Shown: in pieces, positions 12,421 to 27,288 of the stretch
How positions within the stretch are numbered: the first letter of the stretch is position 1
Layout: each line of letters opens with the position of its first letter
NCBI GenBank assembly: GCA_951406725.2
Contig: OX597819.1
Span: 6,634,001 to 6,698,000 of the forward strand
Source of the DNA: Octopus vulgaris
Lineage: Eukaryota
DNA length: 64,000 bases
Direction: 5' to 3'
Notes under the pieces: generated by a model
Seen by the model: only the letters and a program-made list of their open reading frames with translations
The model's database searches: none
What the model was told of the DNA's origin: nothing
Program-made: the position numbers and the translations under genes

Positions 12421-12635
12421 ATGGTTTCAAATTTTGTCACCAGGTCAGCCACTTGAGGGGAAGAGATTAAACCAATTACATCGACACCAGTACTCAACAA
12501 GTACTTATCTTATCGATCCGAAATGATGAAAGGCAATGTAGACCTCGGCAGCATTTGAATTTAGAACTCACAGCTGGATGAAATACTGCTAAGTATTTTC
12601 CCCGGTGAGTTAACAATTCTGCAACCCGTAGCCTT
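12421..12635 (-). mobile_element. SINE family C (Meta-like central domain)
   Basis: Complement of GCCGAGGTCGACTTTGCCTTTCATC..TCG..ATCGATAA..TAAGTAC; further copies at 44188-44312 and 48121-48340. Confidence 0.7.
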
Positions 12636-12907
12636 ATATTCAAACATAATAGTAAAATGGATTATATGTGTGAGGACCGGCCTCTCAAAGAATAAGCTCA
12701 ACATTTCCTCTGCTTATTGTAAAAGGCGAGAAAAAGAGGCTAAGATAGGATTTGCAGCCCGATCTCGTAAAACCCTCACCAGCATCGACTAACTAAACAG
12801 ACCCCATTAGTTAAAGGGTTGTCACTTGAGTGATTAAAAAGGTATCATCCGCCAGGAATAAGGAATCGCCAACAAATGGTGATAGCAGTGACACGCTATT
12901 ACAGTGC

Positions 12908-12938
<31 letters not shown>

Positions 12939-14787
12939 ACTGCTGCTACTACACTGCTGGTGATGCTGCTGCTGCCACTACTATTACCACAACTACTACC
13001 ACTACTACCATCAAACAATTACGTAGAGGCTCCGCCGTTATTTGTGCAAATGTGAACTGCATGTATTCCGAACCTAATAAAAACAAAATAACAATTAACT
13101 ATTTTTGATTTACCTCTTATATTTTGAAGATTTCTACGCAATGAAATATAATTCTTTTACGCCTATGTACATTGATATTTTTATTGTGGATGCTCTATAG
13201 TGGATTGGATTTTCTGTGGAATATTACCGCTACTTATTTTTAGAGATATTATTGCTAAAAACCAAAAGTGGAAAGAAACTTAAATGCAACAAAATATCCA
13301 ATCTGGTGCTGTCACGTGAATCACTTCTTGATTGCAAAAGATTATGTATGACTTTTGTTATAGCTGAAGTCCGACATTGAACTGTCTAGCACAATAGTAG
13401 TACACGATAACAAGTAAATATGAACAATGAATCATCGTTATTCCAATGTAGAATGAATAACATGAAAGGGGAATAAATAGCAATAATCAATCCTATAGAA
13501 GGTGGTACAATGACTGAGTTGTTAACTTATTTTATATATTAAGATGTTTATAGCGTCATATCTGGAAGAATCGATCAATTACCGAACAAAAGAAGTAAGG
13601 CAAGGATATCCTTGCGTGGTCACTCAAACTAGCAGCCAAATCTTCCTCAAACTAGTCAGACCTATTGTAAGCAAGGACAAGAGACATCAGAAAATGTGGC
13701 TCTAGATATCCCTAAAAATGAGATGGTGTCGGCATCTTTAGTCTTGCGTCTTCTGAATGTTACCTCGATCAAAGAAAATCTTTTTTGTAGGATTTAGGAA
13801 GAATTTTACTAGGGTTAACTGCTTTATAGTATTTTATCTCGAAATGCGGTATATCTAAGTTAAGGCTCACTACTGTAAACAACGAGAGAAGTAAGAGGAA
13901 AACTTTTGAGTTTACAGAACTGATATGAAGATCACTAATGGGGGGTTGGCATAGTAGAAGTCGTAATGCCACAGCAATACTTCAATGAGGTGTTCCACAG
14001 GGGATAATTATACATTATATGCAACCTTAAAATGCTCATGACTAATTTGTTTTAAAATTTATCAGACAACCAGCAGAAAGTACGATCTGTACAGGACCAG
14101 TACAATAGCGATTCCGATACGCGTTAGATTATGCCAGGATATCCAAAGTACATCTCTCATAGTCAAACAAGGACTAAAAAACAACAATACTAGAATGAAG
14201 AACTATAGATTAATAGCTCATGTTCCCTCAACAATGCTTTAATACAACACTGTTTTAAAGCCGATCACAGCAAATTACTCTTAATCCAGCCTATTTATAT
14301 GTAGGCAATCATTGTTCACACTGCAAGCATCGGAACCAATGTTCAAAGGGTAAATATCTGTAACAAAGATACTACCCAAATGAGTATTTCTGACTTGAGT
14401 AGGGTTCCCAAATATGACTCTGAAAATGTATCATACACATTTAAAGAAAAAAATAGATGTAGCTGAATAACTAAGTATAAAAAGTTCCAAGATAGGGATC
14501 GATAAAACTGATTCACAGAAAAGCGAAGCATTATGTTTCCAGATCGTGAGTAAACAGCAACGGGTGAAGTCTATTTAGATGGCTTTTCCAAGATTATCAC
14601 TGAGTTCGAGATACACTTTTACCTGACGAACAGATCACGAGAAGCGAGACATTTCACTAAATAGAGTCGGTGTTCACTAACAACTAATTTACCTTATACA
14701 GAATAAGTATGCAAAATCTTAAAAGTATGCGGTTTACGTATATTCATCTATAGATCTATAGTACTATTTGACAGACAGACAGATAGA

Positions 14788-16654
14788 TTTCTTTATTAGC
14801 CACACAGGGTCGAACACAGACGGGACAATACAATGTAGAGATTTTCTTTTCGAAAGACAGAAAGAGGAAAACAAAAGAAAAAGGAGAAAATTCTGGACGG
14901 CTTGGGCTTTCTTCTCCAGGTGCCGAGCTGCAAGTCCACTGACTTTTCCCGGTTAATTTTCGCTCCCGTTACTGCTTCTTCTTTTAGCATCTCGCCGACC
15001 AGGACGATATGCCTGTAGCTTGATACTATGGCGGTGACGTCGTCCGCGCATGCAGACACGCTCCTCTCACATCCCAGTTCTCGCGGGATGTCCTCAGTGT
15101 CGCCAGCTTCCGCAGTATTGGCTCGAGAGTCCAATACGTACATAAGCGACGAGACATGGAATCCTTGACAGACCGAACGCGTGATGTTGAATGGTCTGGA
15201 CAGATGACCATTTACGCGAACCACCAAGCAGATGCTGCTATTGCATTAGGTCTGAATTGTTAGTATTTATAACTGTCAACATTTTGGGGCCATTTGGTGT
15301 TTGTGTGTTTGCGTTAATGCTTATATTTTCTACGGGTGTTTTGGTTTCGGGAGTGGTAAGCCTCCCTGCTTATTCCTTTTTTTCCTCTTTTTCTCCTTCC
15401 CACTGTGGCTGCTTGTCATTCCTCTGTGTCGTCTTCATCGGACAACATATTGGAACAATTAGAAAGTGGGAGGGGAAAGGTATTTCTAAGAGTGTTAATG
15501 TTAATTTTGTTGTTGGTGATAATTGGGATGTGGTGTATGGGTTTTAGGGGGTGGGGTATGAGTTCTTTTGTTTTTCTTTGTTTGTTGTTGTTGTTGGTGG
15601 TGGTGGTGGTGGTGGTGGTGGTTTTGGTGATGGTATTGTTTCTCTTCTCGGTGGCTTTGATGGTGGTGTCATTTGGCTGGGCTGGCTTCTTGGTTGCTGA
15701 TGCTTTTTCATTTCTTGGTAGAGCTGTTTTATCGGCTGTGCATATGACGGTGTGGGTAGTAATGCTGGTTTTTCTTTGGTTTTTGTTATTCTTGTTGTTG
15801 AGGTTGTTGTTGTTGTTGTTGCTCTTGCGCCAATTTGCAATTAATTTTTAAATGAGTTTTACTACCACAAACGTAGCAACGTGGCCTTCTACCTTCGACG
15901 GCCACATGTAAATTAGAACCGTCTACCAATTTGATGAGATATGGAATCATTTCAATAACGATTGGATCAACTTGAGCAAGGATTTCTACTCCTTAACCAA
16001 TCCAATTTTGCTGGTCTAGGATAGTGATTTCTCATATGTGGATTGCCTCGATATCATAATAAATGGCAGACACAAGCCTTTTCATTTGTATCTCAGGGCG
16101 CACATCTTTGGTTTTTATTTTAGTTACCCTACGACCAAGGTATGTAGGGATCATAATTATGTTTTCACATTCAAAAGACTTCATGGAGAGGTCTTTGGCT
16201 CGTTCTTCATTGTCGAATCTAACTTCGACAGTGTCAATTTTTTTTTCCTCTGGTGATGTATTCTTTAAAGGCCCATATGCGTCTTTCACATTTTCTACAG
16301 TTTCTTGGAAGGCAGTTTCAAAACGTTTTGTTTTAAAGTTGAGTGTTTTGTGTATACTTTTTTGTGCATAATTTTTTTTTATTTTTAATGTCTTTTATAT
16401 TTTTTCCTCTGTTTGCAGTTGTATGGTGTGTTCTTCTATTTTTAACATTGTCTTGCAAGCAAGCAATTCTTCCTTTGTAAAGAACATAATTTTTTTCTTC
16501 AGCTTTAAAGCTGCGGCAAAATTATTTTGTATTTTCGTATGAGTTGTGGTAGCAGTGGCGGAGGTGGTGTTTGTAATAGTAAACGTTGCTGTCTTTATCT
16601 TGTTCATATTTTCTACGGCCAGGCTGGCATTCTTGTGTGTGCGTGCACCGTTCA

Positions 16655-16689
<35 letters not shown>

Positions 16690-17060
16690 CTGTCTGTCTG
16701 TCTGTGTGTGTGTGTGTGTGTGCCTGTCTGTCTGTCTGTGTGTGTGGTGTGTGTGTATGTGTGAGCAAGTGAAATGGCGTTCTTATCCCCTACCTTTACT
16801 TTCGGAAATTCAATAAGAGGAACGCTAGCTTCTTCGTTAGATTTAGTCATTTTCTAAACGAAAATGACGAAAAAATGCCAAAGAAAACTATAGATTTTGA
16901 AAATTCCCCCTCAGGATGTGACTTTCCTATAAAAAGATGTGCTTAGGTCAAAGCAGAATATGTTAAACACAACTCTGACAAAAAATGTTTAAAAACGAAC
17001 AGTTCTTTGTATACAAATAAAGCGAACATACGCGGAGTCAAAGTGTCAACAATCCATTCA
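14788..17060 (-). mobile_element. L1/Tx1-clade LINE, internally deleted (ORF1 remnant, RT fragment, 3' end)
   Basis: ORF1 zinc knuckle GRRPRCYVCGSKTHLKINC (about 15836-15892); RT fragment VNGHLSRPFNITRSVCQG..ACADDVT..TGAKINREKS (14900-15227); 3' end AATAAAGAAA next to TATC/TGTC repeats. Confidence 0.8.
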
Positions 17061-17317
17061 CTTACATACATACATACATACATACATAGACAGACAGACA
17101 GACAGACTTGCAGCTAAAAAGACAGGCACACCTTCAAGATTCTTGCCTCACCGAAACAGTGAAGATATGAAAGCTGAGGATTGAACGGGAGAGTTGTGCA
17201 CCAAATATTTATATTATGTGTGTCTTTGTATAATTGCTTGCCTATCGCTGAATAAATTACTCACACACACACATTTACAAAATTGCAAACACATATTTAT
17301 ATTAACACACACACACA

Positions 17318-17406
<89 letters not shown>

Positions 17407-18393
17407 CGTGCATACATATATACGTAAATATTCTTCATATGAATAAATTATATGTACATTTCATATAATTACACACAACTATACTTCTGATTCCACTGGC
17501 CTTTGTGTGAGGCTTCATAACATTTTTAATTAGACTGTTTATGCTAGTATTCATTATATTTCTATATTCCTTAAATATAAATGATATTGTGTTATATTTT
17601 TAGATGAAACAAAATATGATGCAGCAAGGTGTATACAATTCCCTGAACAAATCTGTATCTATTCAATTGATATGGACTCCGTTCCATGCATATACACATT
17701 TTATTGATTATACAATGCAGCTAATATTACATTCCATCTAAGTGTATCGTTTTGTGTATGCCTGTGTGCAAGTATCTATATATGTGTACGTATATGCATG
17801 TAATACATATATGTTTGTATATGTACACAAGTACGTGAGTCTCTACATATATGTGTGAAGTGTGCGTTTGTAATATGAGTATGGAAGGGGTTCACCCAGG
17901 AGGATACAAAACAATAATTAGAAAACGCCCAAAAGTCACATTCTCTATGAAAAACCTTGTAGAGAATGTGACTTATTGATGTTTTTTTAGTAAATACAGC
18001 TTGGTCGATGAAGCTAAAAAGAATTCTGTATATTCTGTTGTTTAGAACTTCCTTCTCAATTACTCTATATTTGTCTACATATTTCAGCAAACGAGTAAGA
18101 TCGTGGCAAACGGTGGCGGCGACCTACTTTCGATTTTGTGTTGCGTATATATTGTCCATCATTTCTATATCACTATTCCCTTTCAGCAAGGCATTACTGT
18201 CTCATAATCTCATTTATAATCTTTGTAATCCCATAAATTTGTAGATTTGTGTATGAAATCAGTAACAGAATCCGTTATGGTGCATGGGTCTGAGACTACA
18301 TAATTTTCTCTTGCCCTGTATTGTGAAGGCTCTATGCCTAGTTTAATAAATAAATATAGATTGTGTGTGTATGTGTGACAGAGAGAGAGGGAG

Positions 18394-18431
<38 letters not shown>

Positions 18432-18743
18432 ATGCGCGTTTGTGTGTAAGGTGTGTGTGTGTAGAATGCAGTGAAGGCCACGGAACTAAAAAATGATTTC
18501 AACTAGATAGAAAATATTTCGCCTGCACTGGTCGAAAGTTATATGAGATATTAATGTATTTTAGCCAAACATCATGTCCCACAAATTTAATTGTAAGAAA
18601 ACAGAGTATTATGGCGTTCATATATTTCCTAGTTTTCTTTCCTTTTTTTAATAATCTAAGTTAGGTACAGAAAATATTGATTTATATTTCATATATTCAC
18701 AACAATATATGCATATATATATATATATATATATTTATATTTA

Positions 18744-18830
<87 letters not shown>

Positions 18831-19199
18831 GTTCGCGCATATGTGTGCTTGTATTATTTGGCGGTGTACAAAAGGAGAGTGTTAGGAAGACGAGTCTTAC
18901 ATTTGTGGGAGTTAAATAACCACTGCCAGCTATAATTACGATAGGTTTCCTCGAAGTTAGATGAAATATTGAGACAGTCATTAGATATTATGCTGTGCTG
19001 TACTTAGGTCCAGCATGGTGATGGAGTATAATGAAGTTTTATGTTTTGAGCGTTTGCAAATATTTTCCTGTTACAATAATAGTTTCTACTTTAAAGCCAT
19101 AAATTATTTCAATATTCCAATACTTTCAATAGAATAAAATGTGTTCTTTTATTTGGCTCAAAGCAGCAATCCTAGACTAGTAATCATAGTTTTTCTTTG

Positions 19200-19537
19200 T
19201 CTATTTCGTCGTTTCCTTCATTTTTGACTTCTTCTTCTTCTTCTCCTCCTCCTCCTCCTCCTTCTTTTTCTTCTCCTTCTTCTTCTTCCTCTTCTTCTTC
19301 TTCTTCACCTCCTTCTTCCCCTCTTCACCCTTCTTCTCCTTCCTTCTCATAATTCTTTCTCTTCTTCTTCCTGTTCTTTCGCTCCATTCTCCTTTCATTT
19401 TCGTCCACTTCACTTTCTTTGATTTTGCCTTCTTTTCTTCTTCCTCATCTTTCTCTGCTTCTTCCTATTTCCCTCCTCTTCGTTTTGCACTTCTACGTCT
19501 TCTCCCCTCCTTTTCCTTTTCTTTGTATTTGTCTTTT

Positions 19538-19568
<31 letters not shown>

Positions 19569-19680
19569 TTCTTCTTCTTCTCTTTCTTCCTCTTCCTTCT
19601 CCCCTCCTCCTGCTCTTCCGCCTCTATCGCGGTTACTTCTGCTCTCTGTTTCTCCTTTCCCTTCTTTTTCTACTCCTCTT
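19200..19680. repeat. degenerate (CTT/CCT)n polypyrimidine tract
   Basis: Direct reading. Confidence 0.9.
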
Positions 19681-19689
19681 CGAGCAGGG

Positions 19690-20310
19690 AAAATCCATTC
19701 CGATAAGCAAAGATTTCTGCCGTTGGACCAAAAGTCCGATTAAAGTGTTCGAGACCTGTTCGCGAGCAAGGTGGCCTACTTCACTCAGAAATGGCAGAAA
19801 GGAAGTTGTCTATGAAATATCGGGTAGAAATGGTTAATGTCCTAATATCACTTCGGTGGTGTACTTCTGCACGGTCTTTGTACCTTACCTTAGTGAACAT
19901 CCGACCAGACTGATCTGAATTTTTCTCTGCTTTTTATAGAAGAGACATGTCAGGAGATCTGGTGGCGACGTGTTATCACGGTTCAAACTTAGACTGAGAG
20001 ATGTCGGAAGACTGGCATCTAAAATGACGCCAATCCCCCATAACACCATTTCCGCTGGGCAACGCCATCGGCGATGATGGAATAGGAGTGACTCCGAAAA
20101 CCAACCATGGCAGTGTGAGCAGTCTTTTATGAAAATTTCAAATCAGGCGCGATGCATAAGTTTTTGGCATAGCGGTTGTACCCAGGGTCACGGCATTAAA
20201 CGTACGTGCAGGGAATTACAAAATACTCACGGAACCTGCCCACAATGCACCCAGGGCAATGAAAGTGTCTTGAATCATATCGTTCGTCGCCAGTGCATTA
20301 CCAACTAGAA
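19690..20310 (+). pseudogene. possible decayed L1/Tx1 ORF2 C-terminal region
   Basis: TCPQCTQGNESVLNHIVRRQC near 20233-20300 resembles the C-x2-C..E(T/S)..H..C finger; frames are broken. Confidence 0.35.
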
Positions 20311-20773
20311 GTCTTGTGCCAAATTGGTACTGAATTTTGTTATGACATTCCTTAAGCTAACCAGAATACATAGGGATGGTTGGTTCTTTTGTTCCTTGCT
20401 CCTTTCAGTCTCAAATTTTCTAGAAGAATCTTCACATTTTGTTAGAATGTGGGCGGTTACTCGCAATGACAACAGCGCACAGAAGAGGAGATGAACTATT
20501 TTCAAGGGTTGAACGTTCATAGTCCAAACAATTGCACCACTGCTGCAGCAGTATCTGTATGCATGTATGTACAGACTGCAGCCATACTGGGGCACTGCTT
20601 TGAAGAATGTTAGTTGAATCAATCGAACCCAGTACATTCTTTAAACATTTTTGAAGCCTGACTCTTATATCGGACTCTTTTGCTGAACCGCCAATGTTAC
20701 GGGGACATAAACACACCAACACCGGTTGTCAACACACGTACATCAATACACACGCACGCACACACACACACAA

Positions 20774-20809
<36 letters not shown>

Positions 20810-20839
20810 GTGTTCGTGGATATATGTTCGTCCTTGGCT

Positions 20840-20934
20840 TCTCTGCTGACGAAGCACGCCAGTGGTAAATAAATTTAATCTAATTTAATTAATTTGTTTA
20901 CTAAAGTTTGCCGAAACTATGCATAGTCCAGAGA
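20840..20934 (+). ncRNA. type I hammerhead ribozyme motif
   Basis: Stem I TCTCTG/CAGAGA; CTGACGA 20846-20852; stem II GCA/TGC plus TGGTAAATAAATT/AATTTGTTTACTA; GAAA 20913-20916; stem III ACTATGCATAGT; GUC triplet; downstream 125 nt homologous to 10905-11025. Confidence 0.87.
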
Positions 20935-21055
20935 TGAAAGGGGTAAACATTTTTATTTCTCTTTCAATTTCAGAATTACAACTATTAGCGGTTTGAGCTT
21001 GGCTGCTCTTCTAGTGAGTCGAATGTCCTATTATGGCCATTCCTTATATTTTTGA

Positions 21056-21101
<46 letters not shown>

Positions 21102-21235
21102 TTAATAAGGGTGAGAGAATTAGATACTAATTTAATAGTATATCTATTCAACACCAAGTGGCCCAGTGCTCCGAGAAACCTGGATTATTATAATATTTTA
21201 TAATATATTATAATATTTTTACAAAATAAATATAA

Positions 21236-21431
21236 GAGAGTGGTCACTATATGGCTCACTCTAGCACTAGTTAATCCAAAAGGTTTCAACCACAAAAATA
21301 TATGTTTCCCATGAAAGTCGGTACGATTGTTAGCTAACAATCGTACCGACTTTCATGGGAAACATATATTTTTGTGGTTGAAACCTTTTGGATTAACTAG
21401 TGCTAGAGTGAGCCATATAGTGACCACTCTC
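21236..21431. repeat. perfect 196-bp palindrome with no spacer
   Basis: Arms checked base by base; centre TTAG|CTAA at 21333/21334. Confidence 0.95.
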
Positions 21432-21574
21432 ATATTTATTTTATATATTATATATTATATATATTATATATATATATATATATATAATTTAAAATTATAG
21501 AAAAACAAAGTCGAAGACAAGTGTAGGAACAATAAGCAAGTGTATTAGCATGACGCTCGGGAAAAATGGAAAAG

Positions 21575-21612
21575 ACGTTTACGTTTCGAGCCAATGCTCT
21601 TCATCAGAAAGA
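21575..21612 (-). ncRNA. minimal type I hammerhead motif (weak stem I)
   Basis: Minus strand TTT-CTGATGA-A-GAGC attg GCTC-GAAACGTA-AA; same host repeat as the 30571, 38131 and 50123 motifs. Confidence 0.65.
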
Positions 21613-21684
21613 AATAAGAGGAAATAAATACAGAGAATGAAAACAAAGGAGTTGATGTCAATGGTCCAGCAGATAGACAGATAA

Positions 21685-21839
<155 letters not shown>

Positions 21840-22591
21840 CATTCATAAATTCATATATATATATATGCATTCATAAATTCATATATATTTACTTACATTT
21901 ATACATTTATGTATGTACATTGATTTATACACGCCTATATAGGTCTGTATATGTATGTTTTTATGTATATTTAAACATTAAAGCAAGTGTCAAACATGTC
22001 ATAGATTGTCAAATTTGAAGACCAATAAAACTGTTTAAAAAAACCTAGTTGCATTGGGTATAAATATCCCATCTAAATTCTTATTTCTACCTACAACAAC
22101 GGAAGAATGTCGATAATTATTGTAAGTTGCCAAAGTTAGCGCCTGCAGGATATTGATTATCTGTCGGGTATCCTTTCTGACTGCAACAATCCAAGTATTC
22201 TTGCAGTTTAAAAACTAACCTTCTATTATCTTACAACTGGCCTTCTTTTTAACATGCTCTCGGCCAGACAACGAGGCCAAAATTTATGATAAACCTGTCA
22301 ATAACTCGGGTTACTGACGTCGAGTTTCAACAGGCTGTGAACATGTCTTTTTTTTTCCTCTTTTCAAAGAACTGTCTGAAATAGTTTTAAAGTTTTAACA
22401 CTTTACAGATTATAACATCACTTGTTTCGAATGTAATAGATACAAACGATTAGTTATTACCGGGGCTTATTTTATTGTCTTCGAAATCATGAAATATTAA
22501 ATTGACTCTGGTGGGAATTTACCACTGAATGTAGAAGAATTCAATGTAGAATGGCGCAGAATTGAAGGAATGAAACTACACTTAATTTGAT

Positions 22592-22993
22592 TACTCTCTT
22601 TTACTCTTTTACTTGTTTCAGTCATCTGACTGCGGCCATGCTGGAGCACCACCTTTTTTCGAGCAAATTGACCCCGGGACTTATTCTTTGTAAGCTCAGT
22701 ACTTATTCTATCGGTTTCTTTTGCCGAACCGCTAAGTGAAGGGGACGTAAACACACCAGCATCAGTTGTCAAGCAATGCTAGGGGACAAACACAGACACA
22801 CAAACACACACATATATATATACATATATACGACAGGCTTCTTTCAGTTTCCGTCTACCAAGTCCACTCACAAGGCATTGGTTGGCCCGGGGCTATAACA
22901 GAAGACACTTGCCCAAGATGCCACGCAGTGGGACTGAACCCGGAACCATGTGGTTGGTTAGCAAGCTACTTACCACACAGCCACTCCTGCGCC
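22592..22993 (-). mobile_element. SINE family B, full length
   Basis: Reverse complement of 44677-45101; 17-bp GCCACTCCTGCGCCTAT tandemly duplicated at its 5' edge. Confidence 0.9.
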
Positions 22994-24875
22994 TATGCCA
23001 CTCCTGCGCCTATTGTCTACATTTCGTGTCATTTTGTTTCTATGGTGATTTTGAAACTAATCGAAGTTCACTACGGAGAAACCAGACTTACCCTGGGTTA
23101 AATACGTTCCAAAAATATTATTGCTACATCCACTATTGCCAACCTTATGTGGGTGAAAATTAAAGAAAGACAACACCAGAAGCTTTCACTATCTCAACTA
23201 GAACCTCTGTGTCTTGTACTAAATGCCACTTTGTAAGTTTCTCGACTGGTTTTCTAACAGACTATACAATGTTACCTTGAATCCCGTTTGCAGTTATGTC
23301 CTCGCACATATGAAGCTAATATCGAGCATGGAGACTGAATGGCATATCTTATTACCTTATGATGAAAATATCTCTCTTCATATCTTTGTGATATGAAATT
23401 GTAAGAAATAAAGGTATGTTCGGGTTTGTGTAGGAACACAATATTCACATACTTGTTTCAACATCAATCTTGAAGCAAATCTATGGAGTTTGCATTGTTA
23501 CCAACCTCTTTCCACAGCAACATCGGTCACAGCTCCAGGAATAACCTCAATAGAAGCAACAAAAATCTCCTCGTCTTCATAGTCAGATTTAATAGAAGCC
23601 AACGACAACACAGAAACCATGAGGTTGCCTTTAACAAGGCATGACCAGGGGCTAGGACTAGCAGTAGCATCAAGTTGGAAACTTTTTAATTATTTTATTC
23701 AATTAATTGCTTTAATTAGAAATCTATGAACTTCATAACAGAGACTGAACCTACATAGAATATCGTTATATTATAATGGCGGTGCCCCAGCATGGCCACA
23801 GCTCGTGAGCTGAAACTAGATAAAATAAAATAAAAAATAAATATACGATTTTACTTTTGTTGTATAGTTCTTTTTTGCTGTACAAAGATTAGTTTTTGTA
23901 GTTTTTTCGTAGGATATAATTGAGTACCTGGAAATAAAAACAATTCAGCAAATAGTTACTAAATTGTATACATAGCCAAATCACTTAGCACTGAACTGTT
24001 TAAGAGCATTATCTGATAACCAGCTGCAACACTGTAAATGCTGCATTTAAACTCTATCTGTCATATATAGCCAGAAAAATGTTTTCGTTTCCATTGGACA
24101 TATCTACATCTTAATTGTCCCCATGACATCTTTAATTATATTGTCATTTGAAGCAGCAACAATATAGCTATAATCACTTTTAGTTAATTATTTTTAGAGG
24201 AGAATATTACTATTAAGTACATGCTGAAATGGGGTTTCACAAACTGGCTTCCACCTGAACCATTTGTGACGTATGGGCTTTTATGAATTCTCCTTTCCTT
24301 AGGCGAAGAATATTTCTTTTGTAATCAAGAAATTTATCCCACCAAACATAGGAGAATTCCTGACAGCTCTGAAAATATGTATGTGCATAGGTTTTTGTGT
24401 GTGCGTGCGTGCGTGTACGCGCACGTGTACGCGCGCGTGTGAGTGTTTGTGTGCGTGAGAGTGTGTGTCAGAGGGAGAGCGAGATAAACAGTACTTCTCC
24501 TCGGTACACCTCTTATTTAAAAAGCGGTGAGCATTCCTTAAGAGTTATGTGTTTTAGACATGAATATTTAACAATTGACGGAGAAATCTATTTGTTTAAC
24601 CATTGCCTAATTCATTACTGCATGACATTTTCAATAAAACCTGAGGTTCTCTTTAAATGGTTTACTCTGTCTCTCTGCCCTTTTGTTTCCCATCCTCTCA
24701 TTAACCTCACCCACACATCCACATATACCCAAACACATATACGCACACACACGCACACACATACACACATACTCACACACACACACGTATACATATGTTA
24801 GCAGTTTATCATATAGTTATCTCTTATCGTAGATTCTTGGAGGATGTACAATGATATAACGTAACGTATATTTAC

Positions 24876-24984
24876 CCTTGTAATTTTCGCACTAGATTTG
24901 GACGTGACGATGTATTTGTATAATGCTGATGAAGCTCGGATTTCTTCTCTCAGTTTTATTATATGCAGCACCATGAGATTCACC
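24876..24984 (-). other. candidate exon of an unidentified host transcript
   Basis: tatttag|G...ACAAGG|gtaaat; one open frame VNLMVLHIIKLREEIRASSALYKYIVTSKSSAKITR; phase-compatible with the candidate exon at 27899-27935. Confidence 0.25.
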
Positions 24985-25246
24985 CTAAATAACATTTCCT
25001 GCATAGTCAATTGCCTGAATAAAGTTGTGAGTATATGTCTAATATTAAGAAAGAGATTATATCGGCGGATTAAATTGCACCGAATGTTTTGCTTGCAGAG
25101 ATTATTGTAGATAAAGAGACTATTTACTTTTCATTACAGTGTGGTGCATAAATTCTGTTGAGTGTTGCTTAGCATTGATGCTAATCATTAATTTATAGTA
25201 TTTTAATTCATACAAGCATTTATAGCGAAGTATTTATATCACAAAG

Positions 25247-25292
<46 letters not shown>

Positions 25293-26300
25293 CCATCATT
25301 ATTAATATTATTATTATCACCATCATTATTATTATTATCATCATCATTATTATTATATATTCTTATTTTATGCACATATATGCTATGTATATACGTATGT
25401 GTATATGTATGTGTATCTTTATCTTTCTACATTTACACTATGTAAATGTGTGTGTGTGTGTGTTGTAGTTTTGTGTTTTTAGAGTAATGTAAATATAGTA
25501 GTCGCCGACAATAGGAAATTGATAAACGCACTGGTAGTTGCACTATATGCATGCTACTTGTACTACACCATTCTCATTCAGGAAGCTTTTAACACTTTAA
25601 CACATAATAAAGTAAAAACATTAACTAGTACAACATTTTAAAGCTTCCTCAATAATTACAAACCATTTTGTTAAGTATATAGAATCAGTCATTCAATATA
25701 ATTTTTTTTCTTTTTGCTGGTGAATAAATTCTCATACGATAATACGATACGATGACAATAGAGGTAATGTTTTATTAATGAAAGAAATACCATAATGATG
25801 GATGTAAAAAATGCTGTATTTGCTCTTTTCTTCATTATGAGGACATATTTTGCTGTTTTGGAAAGGAAGTTTAAGCCAACCAAATTCAGCATAACGAATG
25901 TGCCATCTATGTAACTTGAAAGCGAAATGTGAATAACTTCAGATGAAACAGATGTTATCTTACCTTCGCTTGACTACAGTAGTCATAGAATAAAATAAAA
26001 GAGTAACTACATAGCGAAATGTAGCATATAAGTAATGTGCAGGCATATATGACACGGAAAAAAAACTCAACAACAAGGTAAGAAAACGATAACACTACCG
26101 CTGGTAACGCTGTGAATTTAACGCGTTTTCACATCTTTCTCTTCGAGAGAGTCTCGAATGTTCTGGCAAGCAAACTGAAACAAACCAGAAACATTAACAA
26201 TTTCAGTTGCAGCAATTATTGAGATTGCCTCCAGCGATATTTACTATTTATTATACAATTTCACTCTACAATCAAAAAATATTTTTCCTTAAGTATATAC

Positions 26301-26423
<123 letters not shown>

Positions 26424-26749
26424 CATATATATGCATACGATATATTATTTAACAGATATTTTTTAGCTACATTCAAAAAAGACTTCTATATTTACCTTTT
26501 AAATTGATGAATGACACGGGTGTATTAAAACGAGATATATTCTTTGAATAATAGGGATGCATTTCTTCAGGTAGGAAATGGATTGTGTTTAATGTTTTCC
26601 GCTTAGTATTATTTGCCTCAGGAAGCAAAAGGTTTTAAAGCATTCACATAAATGGAATATATATTAACTGCATCAATTGTAACAAGACGTGTGTAATGTA
26701 TTTCACGTGTACTAGTATATGTCATCCTCTATGGATGTTGATACATATA

Positions 26750-26810
<61 letters not shown>

Positions 26811-27007
26811 GTATATATATAGTGGTATGAAAATGGGTATATATCTGTGTCTGTATGTAATATACGGACGCCATTATATAACTGTATATGATTTTCACCT
26901 CAAGTAATGAAATCAATCGATATAGCACAATGTCAATAATTTTTTAATACTAGACATACACAAAACCATGCATATATATATATATATATATATGATATAT
27001 ACATATA

Positions 27008-27061
<54 letters not shown>

Positions 27062-27228
27062 ATATATATGCATATACATATACATATACGTATATATATA
27101 TATATATATGTGGCTGTGGGTCGGTGGGTGTATAAGTGTGCGTGTATGTGTCTGCGGCGCGTGTGTGTATACCATTAGCTCACAAATTTACATAAAATTC
27201 AAAATATTGATATACATGTGCATTTTAC

Positions 27229-27288
<60 letters not shown>

